Part shown: one piece after another, positions 34,646 to 47,535 of the stretch
Numbering within the stretch: position 1 is the first letter of the stretch
How the letters are laid out: each line of letters starts with the position of its first letter
Source of the DNA: Squalus acanthias
Taxonomy: Eukaryota
Direction of reading: 5' to 3'
DNA length: 64,000 nt
Assembly: GCA_030390025.1 (NCBI GenBank)
Contig: CM059430.1
Span: 44,702,001 to 44,766,000, forward strand
Notes under the pieces: generated by a model
Told to the model about the DNA's origin: nothing
What the model saw: the letters and a program-made list of their open reading frames with translations, nothing else
Databases searched by the model: none
Translations under genes and position numbers: made by a program

Positions 34646-36586
34646 TCCATTCTAAATGTTTACAGAGGCAGTTTCAAATGTTAAATGTTGACTTAAAGCA
34701 TGACCAAAAATCATGACAAGTTGAACATAAAAGTGTGCATTTACAAGGGCCCCGATTTTACGGTCAGTGGCGAAGGAACGGAATCTGCATGAATTAAATA
34801 TGTGTTAATGGTGTTTTATTGGTTGAATTGTAATGCAAAATTAAATATCAACTTTGTTCTATACTACTCTGTGCCATCACAAACTGCAATGACAGAATTT
34901 ACCCCAAATGATATAAAAAATTGTCAATAAAACTATTTTTACACCAGTGAAATTACAATCTAAAACATACATTAGACACATGACTACTATGTACATAGAC
35001 ACAAAAAACAGATAAAGGATTTGCATATTCTAAAATGTAGAAAAGCAAACTGAAAGTTTCTCAAATATTAAAATGCTTTTACTTACTCAGTGTTAAAAAT
35101 GAAAGTGCAAATATTATACACCAATATAAACCAACCTTCCTGAAATCTGCTTTTAATTTTGTTCAACTGTGCAAATGAATAATTTTATAATATATATACA
35201 CTTCATCATGAGGCTATACAATTACTTTTTTCTGTGGCATCCAGTCTGAATCAACGTAACCTTTTGATTGTCATACTGTTCGTCATTTTCTTACGATGCA
35301 AACCACTTATAGACTAAAGCGTATTCTAATATTATGTGAGATTACAATTCTAATTTTTTGGCTGAGTAATATTGTACAATGCAACACAGGATCTGACTGC
35401 ATACGACTCTCAGGCGCTTGTTACTTTCTCTTTCTCTAATTTTCATATTTCATGTTTTTTCCAGCGGTTGGCTCCATCCTATTACATACCTGTCCATTTC
35501 CTTTTGTGTCAATAACACTCTTGTGCGGCTTTGCAGCTCAGTGGTGCTTACATGTCTCTTCACTTCCACCCTATATTGTTTAAAAACAAGCAGCACTCTG
35601 TATTTTTGCAGCCATGTCAGTAATGTAGCAAATCAAATGCTTCATTTAAAAGTACAGATTGAAAAAGTAATTGTGTCTTGAACTGCACAAAAAGTTTCCA
35701 ACCCTTTCCCTTGTTTAAAACAAATAAAAGCTATAAAAAAAACAGCCGCCAACAGTATTAGTTTAAAAAATCTTCATTTGAAAACATTGTACGATCTAAA
35801 GGATAAGTGAAGAAAACTAGCTCAATTTATATATCGTTCTCTAGCCTGTGAGCCATACAGTTGTCCCACTAAATTTTAAAATCCAACCATTTTAAGAGAG
35901 CTACAAAAATCAAAACACATCGTTAAAATATTTGTTTATATTCTGTCATCTAATGTTTAAATTTTGTGCTTTTCTATGATAATTATATTGACGTAGTGTG
36001 CATTAACTACACTTCTATTTGTAAACTACTGTGCAACCACTCATCTGAGTTGCATATTATTCTGTTCTTTAAGCATTTCAGTCAGCTGCTATATCTGTCT
36101 GTGATCATCACAGTAGTACTTCACTGCTATTAATGTTGCAACTACGCTCAGTCTCCACAGTTATAATGGTATCAGTTACCATTTTTTGTTGCAGAATTGT
36201 TGTATAAAATAACATGCTGCGAAGAGACTTAAAGACTGTAATTCAATCTCGACTTCTGATGTTCATAAACCACTCAAGCTGTGCTCTCATGGTTGATGAT
36301 GTCATCAGAACAACAAAATTGAAATACAACATCCAGTATTCATAGAATCGTAGAAATTACAGCACAGAAGGAGGTCTTTGAACCTATTGCACCGTGCAGC
36401 TGCTGTCTCTCCAGCTGGGGCTATCTACTTCTACATATTTTTCATCCATTCTTTAAAATAAAAAGTTTATTAAACTGTACATACTATAATTAAGCAGTAT
36501 TGAGCCATCACACACAGCCTGCCAAGGATCTGAGCATTGTTAGGCTATCGTGACAGTCCCAGTACGGTACATATGGAAGCTTAGTA

Positions 36587-36986
36587 CAGGAAACTCTTTA
36601 TTAACCGGCACCGACGGGACCGGCGTAGTGCCGGTTTATCGAAAGTATCGGATAACGGAGAGTTATATCTACCGAGGCTATTTTTAACAAAGAAAAATAA
36701 ATAAATCAAGAAATGTGCAGTATACTTCCGACAGCGCCAGGAGGCCGAGTAGTGGCACTTTTGAAAACTACCCCTACTGACTAAATCGGCGTTCGCGGAC
36801 TCGGACTCGGGATCGGCAACATTGCCGGTTATTTGAGAGGAGTTTTCGGAGTACTCGGCGTTCGCGGAGACTCGACTGCGACTCGGCAACATTGCCGGTT
36901 ATTTGAGAGGAGTTTTCGGAGGATGATTTTTGCCGGTTAAGTGAGAATTCCGGATATTTGGGTGCCGGATAAACAAAAGTTTCCTG
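36587..36986. mobile_element. Tc1/mariner (pogo/Tigger-like) MITE, 400 bp, TSD TA
   Basis: TA|caggaaactctttattaaccggcacc ... ggtgccggataaacaaaagtttcctg|TA; internal tandem duplication of ~66 bp at 36786-36921. Confidence 0.85.
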
Positions 36987-37187
36987 TATTCATTTTTTTT
37001 TAAATGATTTAGTATCTGCTTTTTTTGTGTCTGTGAAATATCTTCATGGCAGTCCAGTACATGTGAACTGATGTACTGTACCTACTTGGTACACGCTGTG
37101 GAGGAATAAGGGTCATTTTCATCATGTTGAGATACTCTCAAATTGTACGTGAAAGTAGAGTGTGCGTATGATTAGAGTGCTGCATTT

Positions 37188-37500
37188 TCATAGAATCTTA
37201 CAGCACAGAAGGAGGTAATTCGACCATCGAGCCTGTGCCTGCTCTTTGAAAGCGCTGTCCACTTAGTCCCACTCTCCGGTCTTTCCCCATAGCTTCCTCA
37301 TTTCCCCTCTGGTATTTTTGCCAATTAGCTTAAATCGGTGTCCTCTCACTAGCGGAAACAGCTTCTCCTTATTTACTCTATCAAAACACCTCATAATTTT
37401 GAACATCTCTATTGAATCTCCTCTTAACCTTCAGCTTCACTACATAACTGAAGTCCCCTTCCCGGTACCATTCTGGCAAATCTCCTCTGCACCCTCTCCA
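37188..37500 (-). mobile_element. Decayed CR1 3' end
   Basis: catagaatcttacagcacagaaggagg tail and 3' UTR, similar to 9200-9598. Confidence 0.8.
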
Positions 37501-40489
37501 GTGTTATTTGGGCATAATCAATTATGTATTCACTTTATACTAACATTCATACATCATAACCAATAACAACTTCTGCCTCAAATGTGTTGCAGAACAACAA
37601 CAGTGGTGGTTATGGTACTGGACAGTATACTTGGAATAAGAATTATGTTACAGGAGCGCTGAGGCCTCAATGATATAATTTTACTAAAATACACTTAACA
37701 AAGAAACAATGGCATGGCTCCCCAGAAGACAACTAGTTGCAGAGTGTTCGGCCACACAAAGAAACAACAGATAAAACTTTAAAGGAGAAAAGGCTTCTGT
37801 GGTGAATGCACTGGTTTCATCACTTGATAAATTGTGCTACCAGGTCTATAATGCTAAACTTATTCCTGTTGCAATGTGGTTGGATATTATACTGCAAACA
37901 GTGTGTATGTTGCTGTAAAAAAGATTGTTAGCTGGGTTTTGTTAAATATATTGCTGCCACCGTACTCGGAAGATGTACACGTGACATTATTATATATTAA
38001 AACTGGTCATGTGTAAAACTAAAGAAGCACATTTTAAAAATAATTAGCAATGATTTTATTCTTTTATCCTATCCATTCCATCGCAAAAGTGTTTCAGTTA
38101 CACATCTGAGGAGTGAAAAGGCATCAATAAGCAGTGAACAATTATGTACAATAAAATATAAGCTAGTAGTCTAATTAGTAGCTACTGTGTGAGTAAAGGA
38201 TGATACATTTAGCACCATAATCTGTCATTTTATTTTTAAAACAAGCTTTCCCAGTCTCTCACAAGTGGAATTAAAATAAAGGTTCTATCGGGGTAAGCAA
38301 TACTGTGATATCAGTATTGTAGTGGTATATTTACTGCAAGAAGGTTTCATTTAAATCTATCACACAATATGAGAAAATCAGAATTGATTTCAGCAATATC
38401 AATGCTGCATACTTATCCAAATCCCAGATGAACCCATTCAAGTAAACTAAAATGGCAAAATAATTTCTTCACTCAGTTTCTAAGATGCACATTTAAGGGT
38501 TTAAAAAAAATAAATACCGAGAGCTTCATGCTGCCCTCCCCTGGAGAAAGAAGACAGTGCAGTTCCAAAGCAGCTACACACACACGACCCTTCCACATGG
38601 TGTTCTGGATTTTTGGGGGTGAACCAGTACTTGTCTGGGGCAAGATAAGTACTGTTACACTGAGGAGAGATTTTGTTTTCATGGGCTAACTTGATCAGAT
38701 AGCCCACCAGCACTCATGAACAAACTGTTAATGTTAATGCACAGCTGTTTACAATTGCTGTCAAGCCAATGTCAGTCAGAACTCGCCATTCTATATGAAG
38801 GCAAGATTCTGAATTTTCTAACATCTGCGAGAGCTGTCATAGCCAACCCTACTTTCACGATGTACTACTCTAATACATTTCATAAACATGCACTGCAAGA
38901 GCTTTTTTCTTTGCCTGCTCCACATATACAAAGTTGTGTTGCATTTTACAGACGGGGCATTTCAGTGTATTTGCACAGATTTGGCTTCGATCAGCAGATC
39001 AAGATGTCTACATTGCTGCTTTTACCAATTTTTCATGACAAAACTACCGATTGTACAAACTCAAAATAAGTGCATACCATTTACAATTTCATCGTCCGAA
39101 TAGGAAGGAATTGTGATCTAAACCACTGTCTGATCCTATCACTTTAGGTTGCCACTTATTAGATTACGAAATAATTGTGGCTTAAATTTGTGATTAAGTG
39201 ATATATAATCCCTTTGGCCCAGCAGTACTGAGCCATATAGGCCAGGAATGTCCTTGGCTTGATCCGTGTTCTGTGCTGAAATAGCTCATCTCAGCAAAGG
39301 CAGTGTTATGGGCTTAGCCAGGAAACTGCAGGGGTTTTTGAAATTTCTATTCCTAGCCATTTTCTGAATGCACAACTTCATCAGCTGGCTGATTAAGATG
39401 GCAACTCAGAGACTGCTAAATTGTCACAAACTTTTGATGAATCAAAAATGATTAATCACTCCGTATTAATTATGGTATTACATGACTTTCACTTAATTAA
39501 TATTTGTCCCACAACTTTGGATGTACTGCCTCTGTTATTTTAATGCTTTGCAACAAGTCACAAACAGCAGATTGCCTGAGGCATTTCACAACTATATAAT
39601 CTTTTGCAGCACCTTTATTAATTCTCCATTTATTAATTCCCACAGCCTATTTCTCCTTCTCGCTTGTAAGCAAATCATAAGCCAATTAATCTTAGCCAAT
39701 TAATTTTCTAGTTAAGATAAAAAACAATCACAGCTAAACCAAACTCTGGCTGCCTGGAGAAATGGATCCGAGTGGTAAGGGACGTTCTGTCCAAAGAGAC
39801 AAATTGAAAGGCCAATGAAAAGGTCCTACCAAATAATATTTGGAAAATCTTCCAGAGCAATACATACTCACTCAGAACTGTGTTCTAAGTCATTGATTGT
39901 GTTAACACTGTGACTATGAAATACATAACTGCCATAGAAATGCTGTAAAATAAAGTTTGCAGCTAATTATCACAACTAGCATTTCAACATAGTTTAAATC
40001 TTAAAAGGTTGCGATGGTTTGCCATTTTTTTCCATTTAGAAACATCAGGTATATTTTTCCAAAATGTATTATGATACACGGTGGTTAACAATGGTCAACA
40101 ACTTTCAGTGCAATAACTCAGTGCCCGAGTTATTAACTGCACAAATTGGGGTTCCACACCCTGAAAAATCTAGTCAAAATATCTTGTCTTCAAACAGATT
40201 TTGGTACGTTTTTAAAAAAATCTTCCAAAGACTATTCTTGTTCCTGTAAATGCCCAAATATTCCCTTCCTTCAGCACATTCTACTTTATGACTATGAGGA
40301 TAGGCATGTAACCTCTCCAAGGCCTCTGCCAATATCTCGACTACCATGGCAAATGGTTATCATGACAGATTGAGACACCCTCCCTTCCTGTTGGAATCCA
40401 TTTTTGTTCAGCGCCTTTTCCTGAAAACTCAGCTAATCTTCTAATCTTTTCTATAGCTTTGAAAGAAGGTTCTGTGTTTTATAGTTAAG

Positions 40490-40860
40490 CCCCACTCTAG
40501 TATTCAGGCACATAACCTAGACTGACAATTCAGTGCACTACTGAGGTGGTACTGCATTGTCTTAGGAGTGTCATCATTCAGATGAGATTTTAAACTGAGG
40601 CCCCATCTTTCCTCTTAGATGGATGTAAGAGCAAGGGAGTTCTCCTAGTGTCCGGGCCAACATTTATCCCTCAACCAACATCGCTAAAATATGATTAACT
40701 GGTCATTGATCTCATTGTTCTTTGTGGGACCTTGCTGTGCATAAATTGTCTCCCACATTTGCCTATGAAACAATAGTGACTACACTTCAAAATTAATTAA
40801 TTGGCTATAAAGTGCTTTGTAACATCATGATTATGTGAACGGCACCAAATAAATGAAAGA
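40490..40860 (+). mobile_element. Decayed Deu-domain SINE
   Basis: cagatgagattttaaactgaggcccc...catttatccctcaaccaaca...gaccttgctgtgcataaattg. Confidence 0.8.
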
Positions 40861-41169
40861 TACATATATAGATGTCCCTATGGGATAACAAGAGTCTTTA
40901 GCCACTAAACAATGACTATTGCAGTTTTGGGAATGAAAATGTGCCTAGGTGGTCTGCTGCCAGGCTGCTGTGAATGCCTCTGTTTAATGGGATGTGTATG
41001 GGAACAGCAGTATTTCAGTCCTGTTCTGATTCTCCCTCCTCTGTCAGAAACTGCCTCTGCTCCGAAAATCCAACTGCAATCAAGATCATTGACATGAAGT
41101 CTAATATTGAATAGTTTAGTAAACGAATATTATGGTTTTCCATTTTCTCGTACATTTCAATTAGAATGA

Positions 41170-41273
41170 TGCCCTTGTCCTTCTAGGTGGTAGGAGTCGC
41201 GGGTTTGGGAGATGCTGCCGAAGAAGCTTCGGCAAGTTGCGGCGGTGTATCTTGTAGATGGTACACACTGCAG
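41170..41273 (-). mobile_element. LINE fragment from the same family as 41331-42308
   Basis: Matches 41587-41690. Confidence 0.8.
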
Positions 41274-41330
41274 GTTATGTTTTTATAATGGTGAATACCC
41301 TTTACACCAGGTGATATAGTTTAATCATTT

Positions 41331-42308
41331 TTTTTCATTCATGGGATGTGGGCATTGCTGGCAAGGCCAGCATTTATTACCCATCCCTAATTGCCCTTGA
41401 GAAGGTGATGGTGAGCCGCCTTCTTCAACCGATGAATCCGTGTACTGAAGGTACTCCCATAGTGCTGTTAGGGAGGGAGTTCCAGGATTTTGACTGAGTG
41501 ACGATAAAGGAACGGCATATTTCCAAATCAGGATGGTGTGTAACTTGGAGGAGAACTTGTAGGTGATGGTGTTCCCATGCGCCTACTGCCCTTGTCCTTC
41601 TATGTGATAGGAGTCAGGGGTTTGGGAGGTGCTGCCGAAGAAGCCTTGGCGAGTTGCTGCAGTGCATCTTGTAGATGGTACACACTGCAGCCACGATACG
41701 CCGGTGGTGGAGGGAGTGAATGTTTAAGGTGGTGGATGAGGTGCCAATCAAGCTGGCTGGTTTGTCCTGGATGGTGTCGCGATTCTTGAGTGTTGCTGGA
41801 GCTGCACTCATCCAGGCAAGTGGAGAGTATTCCATCACACTCCTGACTTGTGCCTTGTAGATAGTGAAAAGGCCTTGGGGAGTAAGGAGGCGAGACACTC
41901 GCTGCAGAATACCTAGCCTCTGACCTGCTCTTATTGCCACAGTATTTGTGTGGCTGGTCCAGTTAAGTTTCTGGTCAACAGTGACCCCCAGTATGTTGAT
42001 GGTGGGGGATTCAGCGAGGGTGGTTAGACTCTCGCTTGTTGGAGATAGTCATTGCCTGGCACTTGTGTGGCGCAAATGTTACTTGCCACTTATCAGCCCA
42101 AGCCTGAATGTCGTACAGGTCTTGCTGCATGCAGGCATGGACTGCTTCATTATCTGAGGAGTTGCAAATGGCACTGAACACTGTGCAGTCATCAGCGAAC
42201 ATCCCCATTTCTTACCTTATGATGGAGGGCAGATCATTGATGAAGCAGCTGAAGATGGTTGGGCCTAGGACACTGCCCTGAGGAACTCCTGCAGCGATGT
42301 CCTGGGGC
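41331..42308 (-). mobile_element. CR1/L2-group LINE 3' part with 10-bp TSD
   Basis: MFADD, WADKWQVTF, YKAQVRSVMEY; TSD ttaatcattt at 41321-41330 and 42309-42318. Confidence 0.9.
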
Positions 42309-42779
42309 TTAATCATTTAGTTTAATATAATTTTTTCTGAGTACTGTGCAGCGCATACTTTCCCCAACATGGAGTTCACTAAATACTTTTCCTCTGCATT
42401 GTGTTATTTCACTATATATTCCTACAAATGCAAAGTACATTGTTTGTTTTTTCCTTTAATTTAAAATCTTGATCTGTACCATGGAAGAGGCGGTTACTAC
42501 AAAAATATTACACAGGCTTCTAAACACACGGCTGATTTGCCACCTCTAGAGGGAAATACTGTCCTAAAATAATATTCTCCACTGTTCAAAACCACACAAA
42601 TACATCTATATCCATGTACAGAAGTAAAGTTAACTATGTAAAATTTAACATTGAGGTGCAACTATCAGCTAACAACATCAAACTGCTACTAAATCTATGT
42701 AGTTGAACCTCTTTCCATTTGCAGCTTCAATGACAGATATGTGTGCCCACTGGTACAGTTCTTATTGTGCCTTTTCATT

Positions 42780-42793
42780 CCAGCAGAGGGAGC
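42780..42793 (+). promoter_or_regulatory. Candidate CTCF motif
   Basis: CCAGCAGAGGGAGC matches CCASYAGRKGGCRS at 13/14; motif match only. Confidence 0.35.
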
Positions 42794-42914
42794 CAACATG
42801 TATTTTAGCAACAGTAATGAAGCAAAGTCAGAATTAAGCCAATTTCTACCAGTAATGCTGTATAATTTGCCTTGTCATGGATTCTATCTAATTTATTTAG
42901 CATGCCTACTTTGA

Positions 42915-43390
42915 ACGGGCAGGAATGGTGGGATTGGCACCTGCTCCACAGTTGACCTGTTCTAAAACTGGCTGAGTTTCCTTGTTAAGCTTGATTAGGA
43001 TATTCTGATTGAGCTGCAGGCATGGGTAGCACCTGCAATTGGCAATTTGTGGGAAACACATGCTGCTGCAGGTCCTAAAGGCCTCTCACCCCTTAAAGAG
43101 ACAGTGTGCATTTTTCAGACCAAAGACCGGGAACCACTGTTGCTTCTGCAAGGTGACTACGAGCGGTCATGGGAGTAGCAGGGTGCTAGTTTTCTGATGT
43201 GGTTGTTGAAATACTGGTGCGGCAAGATCAGAAGAGGAGCAGCCTCCTTCTTCCAGTGGATGGGCTCCGTGTCCCACAGCCTGTTCAGGCAAAGGCTTGG
43301 TGGGAGATTGCCAACCATGTTTATCCAATGATCTGGCTGCAGTGCTAAAAAAAAAAAATCAATGACCTCACCAGGTGTGCTAGGTTGGAA
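42915..43390 (+). mobile_element. Old Harbinger remnant with Myb exon 1
   Basis: Degenerate AWWEIANHV...WLQC*KK.NDLTR near 43295-43380. Confidence 0.6.
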
Positions 43391-43477
43391 ACCCCATTCA
43401 CATTTCTCATTAGTTCAACTGTGAAGGACAAGACCCATACCCTCGCCTCCCCTGGAAAATGAACCAGAGGGGAGAGT

Positions 43478-43677
43478 TGCCTGAAAGGGTGGCAGCAGCA
43501 GATTCAATGGTATCTTTCAAAAGGGAATTAGATATATACTTGAGAAGGAAAAAAAATGAAGGGCTATGGGGAAAGAGCAGGGGAGTGGGACTAATTGGAT
43601 AGCTTTTTTTAAAGAGCCAGCACAGACACAATGGGCTGAATGGCCTTCTTCTGTGACGTAAGATTCTATGATTCTAA
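43478..43677 (+). mobile_element. CR1 3' end
   Basis: 3' UTR and attctatgattcta tail. Confidence 0.88.
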
Positions 43678-44223
43678 TCTGTCTGTTCCGTGGATCTTTC
43701 CCATGGTTAAGGGGTGAATCTGCTGCACTTTCCTTGGGCTTTTCCTCACACCCTAAAATTCTGCTTATCCTGACAGTTCCTTCCATTAAGAGCAGGATGT
43801 GCGTTCTTGTAATCGTGCACACTGTAGGCACCAGGCTAATTCATGGTGCAAGCTGAACACCCTCTTACCAGTGTCCAGCACTTAGCCCCTTCGACTCTTC
43901 TTCACCAATATATGACATGTATCAGTAGAAGTGAAAAGTTACTTCACCTTAAAGGTTGCTCTGACTGTTGAATAGGATTACCAACTTCTAAATTGGAGGA
44001 TAAAAGGAGGGTGAGGTCCAGGGTTATAACTGCCTCCCGAACTGAAGGCTGGGAGATTAAGCATTTTTTTCTGAAACTGCTTTTCTCCATCATGCAACCC
44101 TTCCAGACTTTCCCAGCTGTGAATTGCAAAGCACAGCATTCCTCTTCCCCAGTTTTTTGTTCGGTTTACCAGTAAAATCATTTAACGGTGCTTGCATATT
44201 TAATTGAGTCCTCTAAATCCCAT

Positions 44224-45510
44224 GGAGTATATTTTAACTTCCACCACCGGGCAGAAAGCTGGCGGTAGCGGACTGGCTGCCCCTTATACACCCCATCCAA
44301 TTTTCCTTTCCATTTAAATCGTGGGGAAGATTTTCAAGTCGGGTCCAAAACGGGCACAATATTAGCGGTGCGCCCGCAGCACCCACTCGAGGCCACCATC
44401 GGGAGGTCCAGCCCATTTTCAGGTTCAGGCCTCATTCATGTTTTACCAGTGAGCTGCAGGAGCCAAACAGGCACCTTGCTGCAGCTCGCCAATGTGATGC
44501 AGTGAAATAAATGAAGCCGGCTTTTGCAATGAGCTGGCCGGCAGGTAGGGCCCGTTGTGGAGGGAGTGGGGCTGGGACAAGGGGGCGAGAACAGGCCAGC
44601 AGTGGGCCAGAAGATTTTTGTGAGGCCAGAAGTATGAATGCCCCTCCGAGCTCCACAAAAATCTTTTAAAAACGCAAAAAAAAGTTACCTTTTCTAAGCG
44701 GCTTCCAGCGGTCCCTTTAAAGACCGCAGATTAGGCTGCTCATCACGTGGAAAAAGTAGGACAAGCACGCACTTGGGATGCCCTGCCATTTCTCCATGAA
44801 AGCTGCAATCAGATTCCCACAATCGGTGTGGAACCCTGGTTTGCATATTTAAATAGCCTCACGCCCATTTAGGATAGGAGTACTTGGTGCCCATTTAGAT
44901 CTGGCCCAGAAATTGCGCTTACGCACAAAACGGGTGGCAAGTCTGCCAAGCGATTGCTTTGCGTGTTGGTCCCCACTGGTTTGACGCTCAACTGAAATTC
45001 GCTCTCGGGCCTCATTGGTGTTAAACACGCAACCTGCAGACTGAGGGCTGAACCAATTCCTGCCGGCTCCGATGCCGAGCCGGACCACCGGTTGGTCCAA
45101 GGGGAAGAGGGGGGTGGAACAAGCCTGGGCCGCTAGCGGCCCGCAGTATTTTTGTGGAGCCGGGAGAAGCTCCCCTCTTCCTCCTTTCTCCACAGAAATG
45201 TAATGGAAAAAGGTTTTCTGGCTTTTGAGCGGCCTCCAGTGGTCCCTTTAAGAACTGCTGGTTAGGCCACTCAAGACCTGCACGCTCTGCCCATTTGTAC
45301 ACGAATTTCAATCGTGGTTATACAGACGGCATCAGGACCCTGATTTTCATATGCAAGGTGCCTAACGCTTGTTTCGGGTGGATCTAATCTAAAAGTCACT
45401 GGCTGCACTTCTGGGAGTTTGGGCGCAGGAGATCGCGACCTGAAATCCATCCCGCTATTCCTTCATTTTACACCCAAAATGGGGAGAAACAATGTTGTTG
45501 ACTTTCTCCC
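44224..45510. mobile_element. GC-rich non-autonomous element(s) containing two diverged direct units
   Basis: 44580-44740 resembles 45110-45270 (ttttgtgg..., cggc.tccag.ggtccctttaa); ends uncertain. Confidence 0.5.
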
Positions 45511-46896
45511 CTCCTTGTTTTCGAAGTTTGTTGATTGACACTTGCATGGTTTCTCAAACACACCGAGAAAGAAATAAGGAAAAATAATATTTTAAGAAAA
45601 TCAATTGTACCGCCTGAGGGAGACCTGAGCAGAAAGATTGGGAGTGGGACAGAGAGATGCTAAAAAACGTAGACCGAGCCAGAATTACCAGCTTTTCAAT
45701 TCCTTTTCATATGTTGATTCGAAGCTTTGGCAAGCTGCTTGTTCATTCTCCCTGGTGTGACTCTTACGGTTCAGTGACACATTGCACATTTTCATCCTGT
45801 GGTGTCTGTCATCCTCCACATATTCCTATAGATGTTGAAGTAAATTGTGCCAGATGCAACAATAAAATTATTTCTAATACAGGAACATTGCACTTGCACC
45901 ATTTCCAAAGTGTGCATTCAGAAAATGCACTATGATAATGCAAAGCAAAGAGAGTCCATTGGACACATAGCGCCATGCCATGAGAGAAAGTGATCTATAT
46001 GATTACATTATGCCTCCACATATAGCTGCATGTTATCAACATTCATATTTCATTATACATTGTCACATTTTTTTAAAGTGTGGTATTAAAGACAATATAA
46101 TTGTTTGAGAACCCCTGTTGTATAATTCCACTGATACCCTGCCTTGACTGTACTGATCTTCCTAGCTGAAGGCTAGTTCCTGGAAAAGAGAAAATACACC
46201 TTTTCCTTGAATCCTCTGTACTACATGTAATTTTTAAAATTAAGCGCATGGCATCTGATAAAGAAAGCAGCTTAGAATGGAAGAAGGCAGATGCATAGTA
46301 AAACAAATAATAATTTTTGGCTCTGTAGTCAAGACTCAAGAGATTACATGATTCTCAACTGATTAGTTATAGAGACCAGAGGTTACTACTATTAAATCTT
46401 CCTAATCTCCCTCAGTAAAATGTTAATCGCAAAATCTCTCTGTTGAGAAATTGGAAAACCCTTTCTTTCTTGTCCAATATTAAAACTTCTAACACGCACG
46501 TTACATTTTTATGGGGGGGGATACACTTGATACAAGGAGCATCATCCGAGAGCACTGCAGTTCCCAGGTTTCAACGCAGACAATCGCTAAGCTTTTTTCC
46601 ACAAATCAGAAAATGGTTTACTCCACACGAAATCACCTTGGGACCTTTTATTATGTTAACGGCTGCTATATAAATGTAAGTTGTTGTTGCATGTGAGTAC
46701 AAGAAGTTGACATTCTGGCATGCATCTTGTGATGTACCTCTTTATGTCGCATCTTGTTTGCTGAATCACTTGTGAAAAACTCACTGAATTCCAACTAGCT
46801 GGCCAAACTTGGTTCATTTGCACTGCAAAGATCTCTGGTTTACAGTTTTCATATATAGTATGTGTATTAAAAAATTACATTATTTATTTCAGTGTG

Positions 46897-47535
46897 GGGG
46901 TGCAGGAACAGAGAGACCTAAGGGTGTATGTATACAAATCTTTAAAGGTGGCAGGACAAGTTGAGAAGGCTGTTGACAAATCATATGGGACTCTTGGCTT
47001 TAATAATAGAGTACAAAAGCAAGGAAGTTATGCTAAACATTTATAAATCACTGGTTGGGCCTCAGCTGGAGTATTGTGTTCAATTCTGGGAACCACGCTT
47101 TAGGAAGGATGTCAAGGCCTTGTAGAGGGTGCAGAAGAGATTTACTAGAATGGTCCCAGGGATGAGGGACTTGAGTTATGTGGGGAGACTGGAGAAGCTG
47201 GGGTGGTTCTCCTTCGAGCAGAGAAGGTTAAGAGGAGATTTGATAAAGGTGTTCAAAATCATGAATGGTTTTGATAGAGTAAATAAGGAGAAACTGTTTC
47301 CAGTGGCAGAAGGGTCGGTAATCAGAGGACACAGATCTAAGGTGATTGGCAAAAGAACCAGGGGCAACAAGAGGAAACACTTTTTACACAGTGAGTTGTT
47401 GTGATCTGGAATACACTGCCTGAAAGGGTGGTGGAAGCAGAGTCAATAGTGACATTCAAAAGAGAATTGGATAAAAAAAATTGGCACAAACATGATGGGC
47501 CAAATGGCCTCCTTCTGTGCTGTATCATTCTATGA
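46897..47535 (+). mobile_element. CR1 LINE 3' fragment
   Basis: QKRFTRMVPGMRDLSY...RRLRGDLI...RGH and tail. Confidence 0.92.

Noticed and set aside
34747-34782. Harbinger-like TIR start gggccccgattttacgg
   Set aside because: No partner TIR or body found; too short to call
36786-36921. Repeat-spacer-like pattern suggesting CRISPR
   Set aside because: Only two units, no unique spacers, inside a MITE in eukaryotic DNA
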